A stretch of 27,174 bases of DNA from an uncultured Porphyromonadaceae bacterium (GCA_947175715.1 CAMWOD010000001.1:1-27174), one strand, 5' to 3'. Shown: positions 1 to 9,131, counted from the stretch's first letter. Translations and numbers: made by a program. The notes: a model not told the origin generated them from the letters alone.

Positions 1-8
1 GACAAGGA

Positions 9-362
9 TTATTTGTTGTATAGGGTTTTTGTGATAGATTGAAGTAGTCGAATCAATTCTCTACAATCTATGAGCAAGCTTTCAGATTGTTCTTTCGTGA
101 TATAGTCTTCATCCCCGAGTAAACGAATCCAAAACTCAGTTTCCCCAGCTTCTTTCTGAGCAATTGATAGTTTGCTGGCAAAATCTAACTTACTTTGTCC
201 ATATTGGCTTTCAGCAATATTTGCTCCTATGCTTGTACCGCTGCGAAGTAGTTGTTTTGATAAGACATATTCCTTCTTCTCATCGCAAAGATACTTATAT
301 AACCTTACACAACGCCTTGCGAAAGCATAGCTTTTATCCCTCACTACATTTTCTCGTTTCAT
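9..362 (-). CDS. Four-helix bundle protein (TIGR02436 / 23S rRNA-IVS protein / Avd-like family)
   Basis: 117 aa with family hallmarks 'KSYAFA..C', 'LSKQLLRSGTSIGANIAE', 'DFASKLSIAQKEAGETEFWIRLL'. AT-richer than the neighbouring gene (hand count 24/60 GC at 61-120 vs 40/60 at 481-540). Confidence 0.92.
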   Translation of the reverse strand: MKRENVVRDKSYAFARRCVRLYKYLCDEKKEYVLSKQLLRSGTSIGANIAESQYGQSKLDFASKLSIAQKEAGETEFWIRLLGDEDYITKEQSESLLIDCRELIRLLQSITKTLYNK

Positions 363-367
363 GCTTT

Positions 368-416
368 AAATTCCTAATTACTAATTCCTAATTACTAATT
401 GCTAATTGCTAATTGC
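368..416. repeat. Tandem heptamer array, 7 units, consensus TAATT[ACG]C
   Basis: Read directly: aaattcc taattac taattcc taattac taattgc taattgc taattgc. Confidence 0.97.
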
Positions 417-1177
417 TTGTGGTTGACGCCGATGCCGAAGAGGGCATAGTCGTAGAGCACCGGATCGTCGGGGCGAAGCGTGCGCAGAGTGTCGGTGAGC
501 TGCACCGCCGAGCGCTTGTCGTTGGCGTGACGGTCGAGCAATCCCAATTGGCGCGACACATTCCCCACGTGCACATCAAGAGGTATATATAGCTGCGAAG
601 GCTTGATTACGTCCCACACACCCATGTCAACGATGCCATCGTTGCGCACGAGCCACCGCAGCGCCATGTTCACGCGCTTGAGGGCGGTGGTGTCGAGATT
701 CTGAGGCATGCACCGCGAATTGCGCACACCGTCGTTGGCCTCGGCAATGACATCGTTCATGGCCGCTACGAGCGCCCATGCCGGCAGCTCTTCCTTATCG
801 ATGTGTGCGGCAGCCGCCAGCCCCTGCACCGAGCCGTAGCGATCGAATATCAGCTTCATGCCTCGCAACAGGTGACGCAGGTCACGCGCGAAGAACGTGC
901 GGTGAATGTTTTGGTCGGGGAGCTCCTCATAACCTTGGTCCATCACATATTGATAAGGACGGCCATCCATCAGGTCGATCATCTTCTGGCAATTGCGGCA
1001 TATCATCTTGCGGTTGCCCCATGCGATGGCCGACGACAGCAGAGCCACTATCTCGATATCCTGCAGACGGTCGAAAAGTCGGGGGAACTGCACCGGGTCG
1101 TTGGCGATAAATTCGGGGGAATTGATGAGCCGTGCCTGCTCATCGAGCAATTCGCGTATATCTTGAGCTACTTTCAT
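395..1177 (-). CDS. TIGR02757 family protein (DUF2400)
   Basis: 'FIANDPVQFP', 'DIEIVALLSSAIAWGNRKMI', 'KRVNMALRWLVR', 'LYIPLDVHVGNVSRQLGLL', 'DPVLYDYALFGIG'. Confidence 0.9.
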   Translation of the reverse strand: MKVAQDIRELLDEQARLINSPEFIANDPVQFPRLFDRLQDIEIVALLSSAIAWGNRKMICRNCQKMIDLMDGRPYQYVMDQGYEELPDQNIHRTFFARDLRHLLRGMKLIFDRYGSVQGLAAAAHIDKEELPAWALVAAMNDVIAEANDGVRNSRCMPQNLDTTALKRVNMALRWLVRNDGIVDMGVWDVIKPSQLYIPLDVHVGNVSRQLGLLDRHANDKRSAVQLTDTLRTLRPDDPVLYDYALFGIGVNHKQLAISN

Positions 1178-1181
1178 GCCG

Positions 1182-1189
1182 CAAATTTA
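1182..1189 (-). promoter_or_regulatory. Bacteroidetes sigma-A -7 element (TAAATTTG) for the TIGR02757 gene
   Basis: Matches TAnnTTTG on the minus strand, 4 nt before the ATG at 1177; divergent from the recF element. Confidence 0.6.
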
Positions 1190-1201
1190 CTGAAAATTGC
1201 G

Positions 1202-1209
1202 TATATTTG
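1202..1209 (+). promoter_or_regulatory. Bacteroidetes -7 element (TATATTTG) for recF
   Basis: TAnnTTTG match 6 nt before the ATG at 1216. Confidence 0.65.
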
Positions 1210-1215
1210 CGCGTT

Positions 1216-2325
1216 ATGACACTCCGCGAGATTACGATTGCCAACTTCAAAAATATCCGTGACGCAAGGCTGGAATTTTCCCCTAAAATCAACGGACTGC
1301 TCGGCCATAACGGCATGGGCAAGAGCAATCTGCTCGACGCCATCTATTACCTGAGCTACTGCCGCAGCTACGCCGGCATCCCCGATGCCCAGCTCATCAC
1401 CCGCGGCGAGGGTTTTACCACCATCCGCGGCGACTACACCCGCCGTGGCGTAGAGGAGAATGTGGCGATAGGCATGATGCCCGGCCAGCGCAAGAGTGTG
1501 AAGCGCAAGGGTAAGGAGTACCAGCGCCTGAGTCAGCATTTCGGGGTATTTCCACTGGTGCTCGTGTCCCCCGCCGACCAGGTGATAATATCGGGTGGCG
1601 CCGAGGAGCGCCGCCGGTTTATGGATATGATGATAGCGCAGAACGATCCCGTGTATCTCGACCGCCTGCTGCGCTACACCAACGCCCTTGAGCAGCGCAA
1701 CAAGCTGCTGCGCGACCGTGTGGTCGACCATCACCTTTACGAAGCTGTGGAGATGACATTGGTGTTGAGTGCCGATGAGATATATCGCGGGCGCAAGGAG
1801 TGGATTGAGCGGTTGCAAGCGGTGTTTGATGAGTACTACCACCTCATAGCCGGCGACGATGAGCCTGTGAAGCTCAGCTATGCCCCACCCGAGCTGCCAT
1901 TGCAGCTGCTTCTCGACCAGGCTCGCCGACACGATGAGATGGTGGGACACACGTCGGTGGGCCCCCACCGCGACGACTTGACGATGACCGTAGGCGATCT
2001 GCCCGCACGGCGCATGGCCTCACAAGGGCAGTGCAAGACCTTCACAATAGCCCTACGCCTCGCTCAGTATGACTTCCTGAGCCGCACCGCCGGCATGAAG
2101 CCGCTGCTGCTGCTCGACGATATATTCGACAAGCTCGACGCCCTGCGCGTGGAGCGCATCATATCGCTTGCCACCCGCCCCAATATGGGACAGATATTCA
2201 TCACCGACACCAATCGCGACCACCTCGACCAGATTATGCGCCGTGTGGGTGGCGACTACCGCCTGTGGGAGGTCGACAGCGGACATTTCACCCCAATTAC
2301 CACCAGCAACGATGAAGCGCAGTGA
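1216..2325 (+). CDS. recF: DNA replication/repair protein RecF
   Basis: 'NFKNI', Walker A 'GHNGMGKSNLLDAIYYLS', 'GPHRDDL', 'ASQGQCKTF', 'LLLLDDIFDKLD'. Start moved to ATG 1216 (ORF track starts at 1132). Confidence 0.97.
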   Translation: MTLREITIANFKNIRDARLEFSPKINGLLGHNGMGKSNLLDAIYYLSYCRSYAGIPDAQLITRGEGFTTIRGDYTRRGVEENVAIGMMPGQRKSVKRKGKEYQRLSQHFGVFPLVLVSPADQVIISGGAEERRRFMDMMIAQNDPVYLDRLLRYTNALEQRNKLLRDRVVDHHLYEAVEMTLVLSADEIYRGRKEWIERLQAVFDEYYHLIAGDDEPVKLSYAPPELPLQLLLDQARRHDEMVGHTSVGPHRDDLTMTVGDLPARRMASQGQCKTFTIALRLAQYDFLSRTAGMKPLLLLDDIFDKLDALRVERIISLATRPNMGQIFITDTNRDHLDQIMRRVGGDYRLWEVDSGHFTPITTSNDEAQ

Positions 2326-2602
2326 CCCACAGTCGATTGCTGCCGTTATCGACCAGGCATTGGCCGATACCGAGCTCACCGGTGTATTCCGCGAGCAAAA
2401 TGCATGCTACCTGTGGGCCGAGGTGGTGGGGCCTGGCATCAATCGCTATACCACCCGCCGCTATGTCGACCGCGGGGTGATGCACGTCTACATCTCGTCG
2501 GGGCCTCTCAAGGGTGAGCTGCAATTCATGCGCTCCAAGCTCGTGGAACAGCTTAACAAGGCCGTGGGAGCCCCTGTGCTCACCGACTTACAAATCCATT
2601 GA
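2312..2602 (+). CDS. dciA: DUF721 / DciA family protein
   Basis: 'MKRSDPQSI..', 'WAEVVGPGI', 'GVMHVYISSGPLKGEL'. Typical position overlapping the recF 3' end; start ATG 2312. Confidence 0.85.
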   Translation: MKRSDPQSIAAVIDQALADTELTGVFREQNACYLWAEVVGPGINRYTTRRYVDRGVMHVYISSGPLKGELQFMRSKLVEQLNKAVGAPVLTDLQIH

Positions 2603-2605
2603 AAT

Positions 2606-3076
2606 ATGCGCCAAATAGAGTTTTCACAGCAGCACAACAAGCGGGTGCCCGAGCCCCGGGTGCCATTTCACCACTCGGTTGACCTGCAGACACGATTCAA
2701 CGACGCCGATATGCTCGGCCATCTCAACAACACTGTGTATCTGTCGTTTATGGACCTGGGAAAGACCCGCTACTTCACCGATGTGATGGGTGGCGACATC
2801 GATTGGCGCCATATCGACATTGTGGTGGTGCATATCGAGTGCGACTACTTCGCTCCGGCGTTTCTCGACGAGCCCCTGGCCGTGGCCACCACTGTGTTGC
2901 GAGTGGGTGAGCACTCCTTCACACTCGAGCAGCGCATCTATAACACCGCTACAGGCCAGGTGAAATGCGTGGGTACTACTGTGATGGCCGGATTCGACCC
3001 CGCTACCGGCACATCGCTACCCATCAACCCCGAGTGGACTGCCGCCGTCTCAGCCTACGAGCAGCGCCAGCTTTAA
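2606..3076 (+). CDS. Acyl-CoA thioesterase (4HBT / hot-dog fold)
   Basis: 'RFNDADMLGHLNNTVYLSFMDLGK' motif. Confidence 0.9.
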   Translation: MRQIEFSQQHNKRVPEPRVPFHHSVDLQTRFNDADMLGHLNNTVYLSFMDLGKTRYFTDVMGGDIDWRHIDIVVVHIECDYFAPAFLDEPLAVATTVLRVGEHSFTLEQRIYNTATGQVKCVGTTVMAGFDPATGTSLPINPEWTAAVSAYEQRQL

Positions 3077-3140
3077 GAGGTAGCGAGGGCTCTTTTAGCT
3101 AAAAGTTCCTAATTCGGTTTTAGATTAATTGCAAAGTTAT

Positions 3141-3148
3141 TAACTTTG
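3141..3148 (+). promoter_or_regulatory. Bacteroidetes -7 element (TAACTTTG) upstream of riboflavin synthase
   Basis: TAnnTTTG match in an AT-rich intergenic region; it is the right arm of the palindrome caaagtta-t-taactttg (3132-3148). Confidence 0.55.
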
Positions 3149-3189
3149 TGATTCAATTATAATTGAATCATTACCTCAGTAACCAAGAT

Positions 3190-3810
3190 ATGTTTTCAGG
3201 AATTGTAGAAGAAGCAGCCCGCGTGGAGCGCGTAGAGCGCCAGGGGGGCAATGTGAATCTTACAGTACGTTGCTCATTCGTCGATGAGCTTCGCATCGAC
3301 CAGTCGGTGGCCCACAACGGCGTGTGCCTTACAGTAGTGAGCCTTAACCCCGACGGCACTTATACCACCACCGCCATCCAGGAGACACTCGATCGCTCCA
3401 ACCTCGGCGACCTAAAGGAGGGCTCGCTGATCAATCTTGAGCGTTGCATGGTGATGAACGGCCGACTCGACGGCCACATCGTGCAGGGGCACGTCGACTG
3501 CACCGCCACATGCACCGCTGTAGAGCAAGTCGAGGGCTCAACCTACTTCACTTTCAGCTACTCACCCACTCCCGAGCTGTTGGGCAAAGGGTATTTCACC
3601 GTAGAGAAAGGCTCTATCACCGTCAATGGCGTAAGCCTCACGGTGTGTGACTCGGAGATGGACTCATTCCGAGTGGCCATCATACCCTACACCATGGAGC
3701 ACACCAACTTCTGCGAGATCAAGGAGGGGACACGTGTCAACCTCGAGTTTGACATCATCGGCAAGTATGTGTGCCGACTGCAGCAGATACAAAACATCAT
3801 TGACAAGTAA
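3190..3810 (+). CDS. ribE: Riboflavin synthase (alpha chain)
   Basis: Invariant N-terminus 'MFSGIVEE', 'SVAHNGVCLTV', 'GHIVQGHVD', 'KGSITVNGVSLTV', 'VNLEFDIIGKY'. Start ATG 3190. Confidence 0.97.
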   Translation: MFSGIVEEAARVERVERQGGNVNLTVRCSFVDELRIDQSVAHNGVCLTVVSLNPDGTYTTTAIQETLDRSNLGDLKEGSLINLERCMVMNGRLDGHIVQGHVDCTATCTAVEQVEGSTYFTFSYSPTPELLGKGYFTVEKGSITVNGVSLTVCDSEMDSFRVAIIPYTMEHTNFCEIKEGTRVNLEFDIIGKYVCRLQQIQNIIDK

Positions 3811-3817
3811 TTACGCC

Positions 3818-6175
3818 ATGAAACTACTATCACTGATAACCATTGCATCAATATCTTTTACAGCCTCGGCCGCCAGTGACGGCGTGGTGAGTGTCACCAC
3901 CCCCGCCGGGCGTGAGGTGACCGTACAGGTGATCAACGACAATATAATCCGTGTCACCAACGCACTACCGGGCGAGACGGTGCCACAGTCGCGTGCGGCT
4001 GTGCTCAAAGCAGCCCCATTTACCGGCACCACTTCACGCGCCGGCAACTATACCACAATCACTACCCGCCAGGGAGTTACCGTGAGCCTCAACAACAGCA
4101 CCGGAGCTGTTGACATCAATGGTGGGGGTGGCCGTGTAGTGTCGGACAACGGTATACGCCTGAAAGCCGACGGCAAGCAGAGCCTCACACTCACCACATC
4201 GGGGCGCGGATCGTTCTACGGCGCCGGCGAGCGTGGCCATTCGTTCAACCTCAAGGGTGACACTCTGGTGATGTACAATCGCCAGAACTATGGCTACACC
4301 AAGCAAGACCCACGCATCTCGCAGATGAACATCACCATGCCGCTATTCATCTCATCTACAGGATATGCTGTAGTGTTCGACGATTTCGCGGCTGCCGAGA
4401 TGATCATGGCCGACCCCATAGAGTACATATCCGAGTCGCGCTCACCCATATCCTACTACTTTATCAACGGCGCCGGCACACTGCCCGGTGTCACCGCCGA
4501 GCTGTCGCGGCTTACCGGCCGCCAGGAGTTGCCACCCTTCTGGGCTTTGGGCTACATCAACTCAAAATACGGCTACAAGACTCAGAACGAAACCGTGGGA
4601 ATAATCGACACCCTCAAGATGCGCGGCTATCCGGTTGATGGAGTGGTGCTCGACCTTTACTGGTACGGCAAGGAGGAAGACATGGGACGACTCTCCTGGG
4701 ATAAAGACCAGTGGCCCGATCATGGCAAGATGCTTGCCGACCTTAAAAACCGCGGCGTCAACACCATTATAATCTCCCAGCCATATATCTTGCAGAACGG
4801 CCGTGGCGTCGACAACTACAATGCCCTTGCCGAGGCCGGCATGATGGTGAAAGACTCGGCCGGAGGTGTTGAGCCCGTGACGATATGGGTAGGTCACGGA
4901 GGCATGTTTGACGTATCCAATCCCGACACCCGCCGCTGGCTCACCGACCGCTACGACCAGCTCACCGCCGAGGGCGTGGGTGGATGGTGGGGCGACCTGG
5001 GTGAGCCCGAGGTGCATCCCGAAACCGGCTACCACGCCAATGGCCTCACCGCACGAGAGTATCACAACCAATACGGCAACGACTGGTCGTCGATAATCTA
5101 CGACCTCTTCAAGGAGAAATATCCCGATACCCGACTGATGACGATGATGCGCGGAGGCACTACCGGCCTGCAGCGATATTCAGTATACCCCTGGTCGACC
5201 GATGTGTCGCGCTCTTGGGGAGGACTTCAACCCCAGATTACCATAATGCTCAACTCAGGCCTGAGCGGCTTGGGGTATATGAGCCACGATGTTGGCGGAT
5301 TTGCCGTCGATCCCGACAATCCCTATATCCCTGAGCTTTACACTCGTTGGGTGCAGTTGGGACTATTCTCACCCATCTTCCGCACTCACGCCCAGGAGTA
5401 CGCCGAGCCTATCCGCTACCCCCAGCAGGAGGAGTACCTCAAGCAGCTGGTGAAGGAGCGCTACCGCTGGTTGCCTTACAACTACACCCTGGCCTACGAA
5501 AACGCCTCGCAAGGTCAGCCATTGGTACGCCCGCTCAACTACTATAGCCAGGGTGCTAACACCTACGACGACATCGACGACGAGTATCTGTGGGGCCGCG
5601 ACGTACTGGTTGCCCCGGTGCTTACCCCCGGCACCACGGAGCGCCTTGTGGTTTTTCCCGACGGTGAATGGGTTGACTATGCCGACCCCACCAAGGTGTA
5701 CCACGGTGGCGATACCGTGCTTTATCCGGCACCGCTCGAAATGCTCCCTCTGTTCGTCCGCGCCAACGCATTCATACCGATGGCCGACTATAAGATGGGC
5801 AACACACTCGATTACACCCCCTCGCAGTATACCGTCAACTACTACCCCACCGAGGGTGAGTCGACCTATACACTCTACGAGGACGACCGCAGCTCAACCA
5901 CCTCAATCGCCGACAAAGCCTATGCGCTGCTGACCTTCACCGGCAAAGCCACACCCAAGGATATCACAATCGACTACGCCTCATCGGGTTACTATAAGGG
6001 GATGCCCGCCAAGCGCACCATCACCTTCAAGATCCACGGATGCAAGCAGGCTCCCGCATCGGTCACAGTCAACGGCACAAAAGCCAAATGGATCTATGAT
6101 GCCAAGACCGGTGTAGTGACAGTGAAAGTAAACAGCATAGTGAATAATACCAAAATCATAATCACAAATAAATGA
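3818..6175 (+). CDS. Secreted glycoside hydrolase family 31 (alpha-glucosidase/dextranase-like) with C-terminal DUF5110-like domain
   Basis: Signal peptide 'MKLLSLITIASISFTASA'. GH31 motifs 'FYGAGER', 'WWGDLGEPE' (nucleophile), 'WSTDV' (acid/base), 'HDVGGF', 'ELYTRWVQLG.FSPIFRTH', 'EYLWGRDVLVAPV'. Start ATG 3818. Confidence 0.92.
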   Translation: MKLLSLITIASISFTASAASDGVVSVTTPAGREVTVQVINDNIIRVTNALPGETVPQSRAAVLKAAPFTGTTSRAGNYTTITTRQGVTVSLNNSTGAVDINGGGGRVVSDNGIRLKADGKQSLTLTTSGRGSFYGAGERGHSFNLKGDTLVMYNRQNYGYTKQDPRISQMNITMPLFISSTGYAVVFDDFAAAEMIMADPIEYISESRSPISYYFINGAGTLPGVTAELSRLTGRQELPPFWALGYINSKYGYKTQNETVGIIDTLKMRGYPVDGVVLDLYWYGKEEDMGRLSWDKDQWPDHGKMLADLKNRGVNTIIISQPYILQNGRGVDNYNALAEAGMMVKDSAGGVEPVTIWVGHGGMFDVSNPDTRRWLTDRYDQLTAEGVGGWWGDLGEPEVHPETGYHANGLTAREYHNQYGNDWSSIIYDLFKEKYPDTRLMTMMRGGTTGLQRYSVYPWSTDVSRSWGGLQPQITIMLNSGLSGLGYMSHDVGGFAVDPDNPYIPELYTRWVQLGLFSPIFRTHAQEYAEPIRYPQQEEYLKQLVKERYRWLPYNYTLAYENASQGQPLVRPLNYYSQGANTYDDIDDEYLWGRDVLVAPVLTPGTTERLVVFPDGEWVDYADPTKVYHGGDTVLYPAPLEMLPLFVRANAFIPMADYKMGNTLDYTPSQYTVNYYPTEGESTYTLYEDDRSSTTSIADKAYALLTFTGKATPKDITIDYASSGYYKGMPAKRTITFKIHGCKQAPASVTVNGTKAKWIYDAKTGVVTVKVNSIVNNTKIIITNK

Positions 6176-7521
6176 ACACACTAAAACATCTGCTGGCTCT
6201 CAGCATGACCATCCTGCTCATTGCCGGATGCTCCTCGAAAAAAGATGAATCAAGTGATTCTTCATCGTCAAGCAATTCGGAAGGCGCCGCATGCGTCACC
6301 GAGGTCAACAACGAGTTGCTGCGCACGGTCGACTATAACGCCACTGCAGTATTGGTGGCCAATCTCGAAAGCGTATTTAGCACTTACAGCGTCGATAATG
6401 CAGTTATAAAGGATTATGATGAATTCGCCGATCTTTCGTCGGTGGTATTGGTAATGCCTTCACTTAATGGCGAATCTTACACCACCTTCCTGATCGATAA
6501 CGCTGACGCATTCAATACATACGCCAACGGCAATCTCACCCAGCTCACCGACCGTGGCGACTTCGCCGTATACGCAAACCGCTATGACGATAGATACGTT
6601 ATGGTCAAAGGCTCGCAGATGTGGGTTGGCCGCAGTCCGTCGTCGATTGAGCAGAGCGTCAAGAATGCCGCCACACGCCACTTCGGCCAGGGTCTTGCCA
6701 TCTCTACAAGTATCGAACAGCCTCACTCGGTCAATATAGCCGTCAATATGAGCGCCATCCCCAATATCAAGGAGTATGGCAGCGAGTTTGCCGACGCATG
6801 GGGTATAGCCAATGTCGACATGACCAAATCGACCATCACCGGCGACGCAAAAATTATTTCAAGCAATGGCGATGCAGTGATGGTGCCCGGTATGCGTGAA
6901 CTGAGCACCAAATTTCTCAACTACACCATGGGTGAGCCCAATGTGGCTCTGGCCATGGGTATAGGTAAGGACTTCCCATGGAAGACAGTGCAGAAAGTCC
7001 TCACCGAGGCTGGTGCCGATCCTTCCGACCTGTCGTTGCTCCCTATCTTGGGTAAGATGATCGATGGCACCGTGAGCGCATCGGTTTCGATCGACTCCAA
7101 TAGTGGTGAAATATACTTCTCGGCCCTCATTGAGTCGTCAAATGCCGATCCCGAGGCTGTCATTGGTATGCTCCAGGGCTTCGTGGGCCAGGTGTCAAGC
7201 ACATCTGATGGTTTCTACAGTATACCGGTCGACGCCTTACCCTCGGGCAATATATACTTAGGCGCAGTTGGGGAGGCATTCTTTATAGGTAGCCACCACC
7301 CCTCACAGCTTTCAGGCAACAACAACCTGCAGTCGGTATTCTCGGGCAACGAAGCTGCTCTTTCTATCAATGTGCCCAAGAGCTTAATGATGATGCTGAC
7401 CGAAGGTGAAGGCACTTTTGGCCTGAATGGTAAGGTTCAGGTAGAAAAATCTACCGCTCACTTCGAGGTAAAAGTCACTGATACCGACATGAGTATTATC
7501 GAAGCTTTCAACAAGATGTAA
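6172..7521 (+). CDS. Lipoprotein, DUF4836-like (tentative)
   Basis: Lipobox 'LIAGC' followed by 'SSKKDE'. ATGA overlap with the GH31 stop; weak similarity to the downstream lipoprotein. Confidence 0.65.
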   Translation: MNTLKHLLALSMTILLIAGCSSKKDESSDSSSSSNSEGAACVTEVNNELLRTVDYNATAVLVANLESVFSTYSVDNAVIKDYDEFADLSSVVLVMPSLNGESYTTFLIDNADAFNTYANGNLTQLTDRGDFAVYANRYDDRYVMVKGSQMWVGRSPSSIEQSVKNAATRHFGQGLAISTSIEQPHSVNIAVNMSAIPNIKEYGSEFADAWGIANVDMTKSTITGDAKIISSNGDAVMVPGMRELSTKFLNYTMGEPNVALAMGIGKDFPWKTVQKVLTEAGADPSDLSLLPILGKMIDGTVSASVSIDSNSGEIYFSALIESSNADPEAVIGMLQGFVGQVSSTSDGFYSIPVDALPSGNIYLGAVGEAFFIGSHHPSQLSGNNNLQSVFSGNEAALSINVPKSLMMMLTEGEGTFGLNGKVQVEKSTAHFEVKVTDTDMSIIEAFNKM

Positions 7522-7546
7522 TCGCTATTAAATCTGAGTCAACGAC

Positions 7547-9130
7547 ATGAAATTTTCAACACATATCACCCGTAAGCTGAGTGCTGCCGCCATCATCCTG
7601 ACGGTAATGTTAGCCACAAGCTGCTCAAAAACCAGCGACATACACGAGACCATACCCGACGATGCCGCTGTGGTAGTTCATCTCGATTTAAAACAATTGA
7701 TCGATAACGCCGAGCTGCGAGAAAAGGGTAAATCGTACGCACTCCCCAAGGAATTTGACGAGCTCAACAACGACGGCCTCGAAGAAGATCTTGAGATGCT
7801 CTACAAAATGAAAGATTGCGTCGACTTGAGCAACATATTCGTAGTTAATATTTCTCGTGAAAATGGTGAAACTGCTCGCTATGATGAGCCGCATGATTAT
7901 GGCGAATACGTGACATTTCCGATCACCGATTTCGACGAATTTGAGAAGCAAATCAAGAGTATGGACTACTCGAAGGACTCCAGTGAGAGTGGGCTCGAAT
8001 GCTACACAATGAGTAAATACGAGTGGGCAACTAATTATATGCTGGTCAACGAGAGTCATACCCAAGGATGGCATGCCAATATAGAAAATAAAGTTGACTA
8101 TGATTATGACACTGACAAAAGGAAAATTATCCATAATCCACCGCAGGTAGTTACCGCAGCTGTGAAGAAAGCTGAAAGAGGCTCGCTTGCCGACGTAAAG
8201 GGTCCGGCCAACGTACTCAAGAGCGGCAAGGCGATCTCATTGGTGGCTACTCATAAGATACTTAAAAACAAGTGGTTTACATGCACAGCAGAAGCCCTTG
8301 GCGACGGTGAGGCACAGCTCGAAGCCAATCTGATGGATGCTGATGGCACCCTATGTGCGCTCGACAACTACTTCAACACGGTCAATACCAATGCGCTTGC
8401 GTTGCTCCCCGACGATGCCGACCTTGTGGCCGCTATGTCGCTCAATGTGCCCAACGACCTGAAACTTATCGAAGACCTGATTGGCAAGTTCGGTAGCGAG
8501 CGCGACCTGCGCATGTTCAAGCAACAGGCCAAATTGATTGAAACAACGGGCGATGTAGCATTCGGTGCCAAGCTCGCATCATTTGACAATCTGCTTAACT
8601 CTAATTTTTATCATGCCGAGCAGCTTCTTGAGGGTAAATGGACCCTGGTAGTAGGTGTTAAAGACCCCGAAACTATCCTCGGGTTGATTAAATCTTTTTG
8701 CGGAGGCGATGCCCGTATCACCGATATCGGCGATAAGAAATTTGACATAGAGATTAACAGGAACTTGTATAGGTATGATTATACTCGCGATACCGATGTG
8801 TTTGACGCCAGGCTGTCGGCCACATTGCACGTAGGGGTGATGGACGGCTATCTATATGTTTCTACCGTCGATGTCAAGAACAGTCCGGTGCCTGCGCAGG
8901 TAAGCAAAGTATTCGACAACGCTTCATTCGGTATCTACGCCCACACACCTTCAAAAATCAAGACATACTTTGACTTGCCCAACGAGATCACCGCTACCGC
9001 ACGCTGGAAGGGCACCCATACCCTTGTGGTCAATGCCAAGTTTGAAAACTCGACCCACGGCTTCATATACGACGTGATAAATATGTGTTTCAGGGCTGAG
9101 AAACAGATGAAAAAGAACATAAATTATTGA
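7547..9130 (+). CDS. Lipoprotein, DUF4836-like
   Basis: Lipobox 'LATSC', N-terminal 'TIPDDAAVVVHLDLKQL'. Lies directly upstream of an ABC ATPase/permease pair, the arrangement I recall for DUF4836 in Bacteroidales. Confidence 0.7.
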   Translation: MKFSTHITRKLSAAAIILTVMLATSCSKTSDIHETIPDDAAVVVHLDLKQLIDNAELREKGKSYALPKEFDELNNDGLEEDLEMLYKMKDCVDLSNIFVVNISRENGETARYDEPHDYGEYVTFPITDFDEFEKQIKSMDYSKDSSESGLECYTMSKYEWATNYMLVNESHTQGWHANIENKVDYDYDTDKRKIIHNPPQVVTAAVKKAERGSLADVKGPANVLKSGKAISLVATHKILKNKWFTCTAEALGDGEAQLEANLMDADGTLCALDNYFNTVNTNALALLPDDADLVAAMSLNVPNDLKLIEDLIGKFGSERDLRMFKQQAKLIETTGDVAFGAKLASFDNLLNSNFYHAEQLLEGKWTLVVGVKDPETILGLIKSFCGGDARITDIGDKKFDIEINRNLYRYDYTRDTDVFDARLSATLHVGVMDGYLYVSTVDVKNSPVPAQVSKVFDNASFGIYAHTPSKIKTYFDLPNEITATARWKGTHTLVVNAKFENSTHGFIYDVINMCFRAEKQMKKNINY

Positions 9131-9131
9131 T

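Noticed and set aside
9-362. DGR or 23S rRNA intervening sequence suggested by the Avd-like gene
   Set aside because: No reverse transcriptase, TR/VR pair or rRNA sequence is in the window; sequence left of position 1 is unseen.
1174-1968. 264-aa antisense ORF over recF, and similar shadow ORFs (e.g. 11034-11588, 11858-12391, 4562-5071, 16900-17391)
   Set aside because: They fully overlap well-supported genes on the opposite strand, as expected from high-GC codon bias, and show no recognisable motifs.
3077-3189. FMN riboswitch upstream of ribE
   Set aside because: The region is short and AT-rich and lacks the conserved RFN motifs.
3647-3817. 57-aa N-terminal extension of GH31 in the ORF track
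   Set aside because: It overlaps ribE; the signal peptide starts at ATG 3818.
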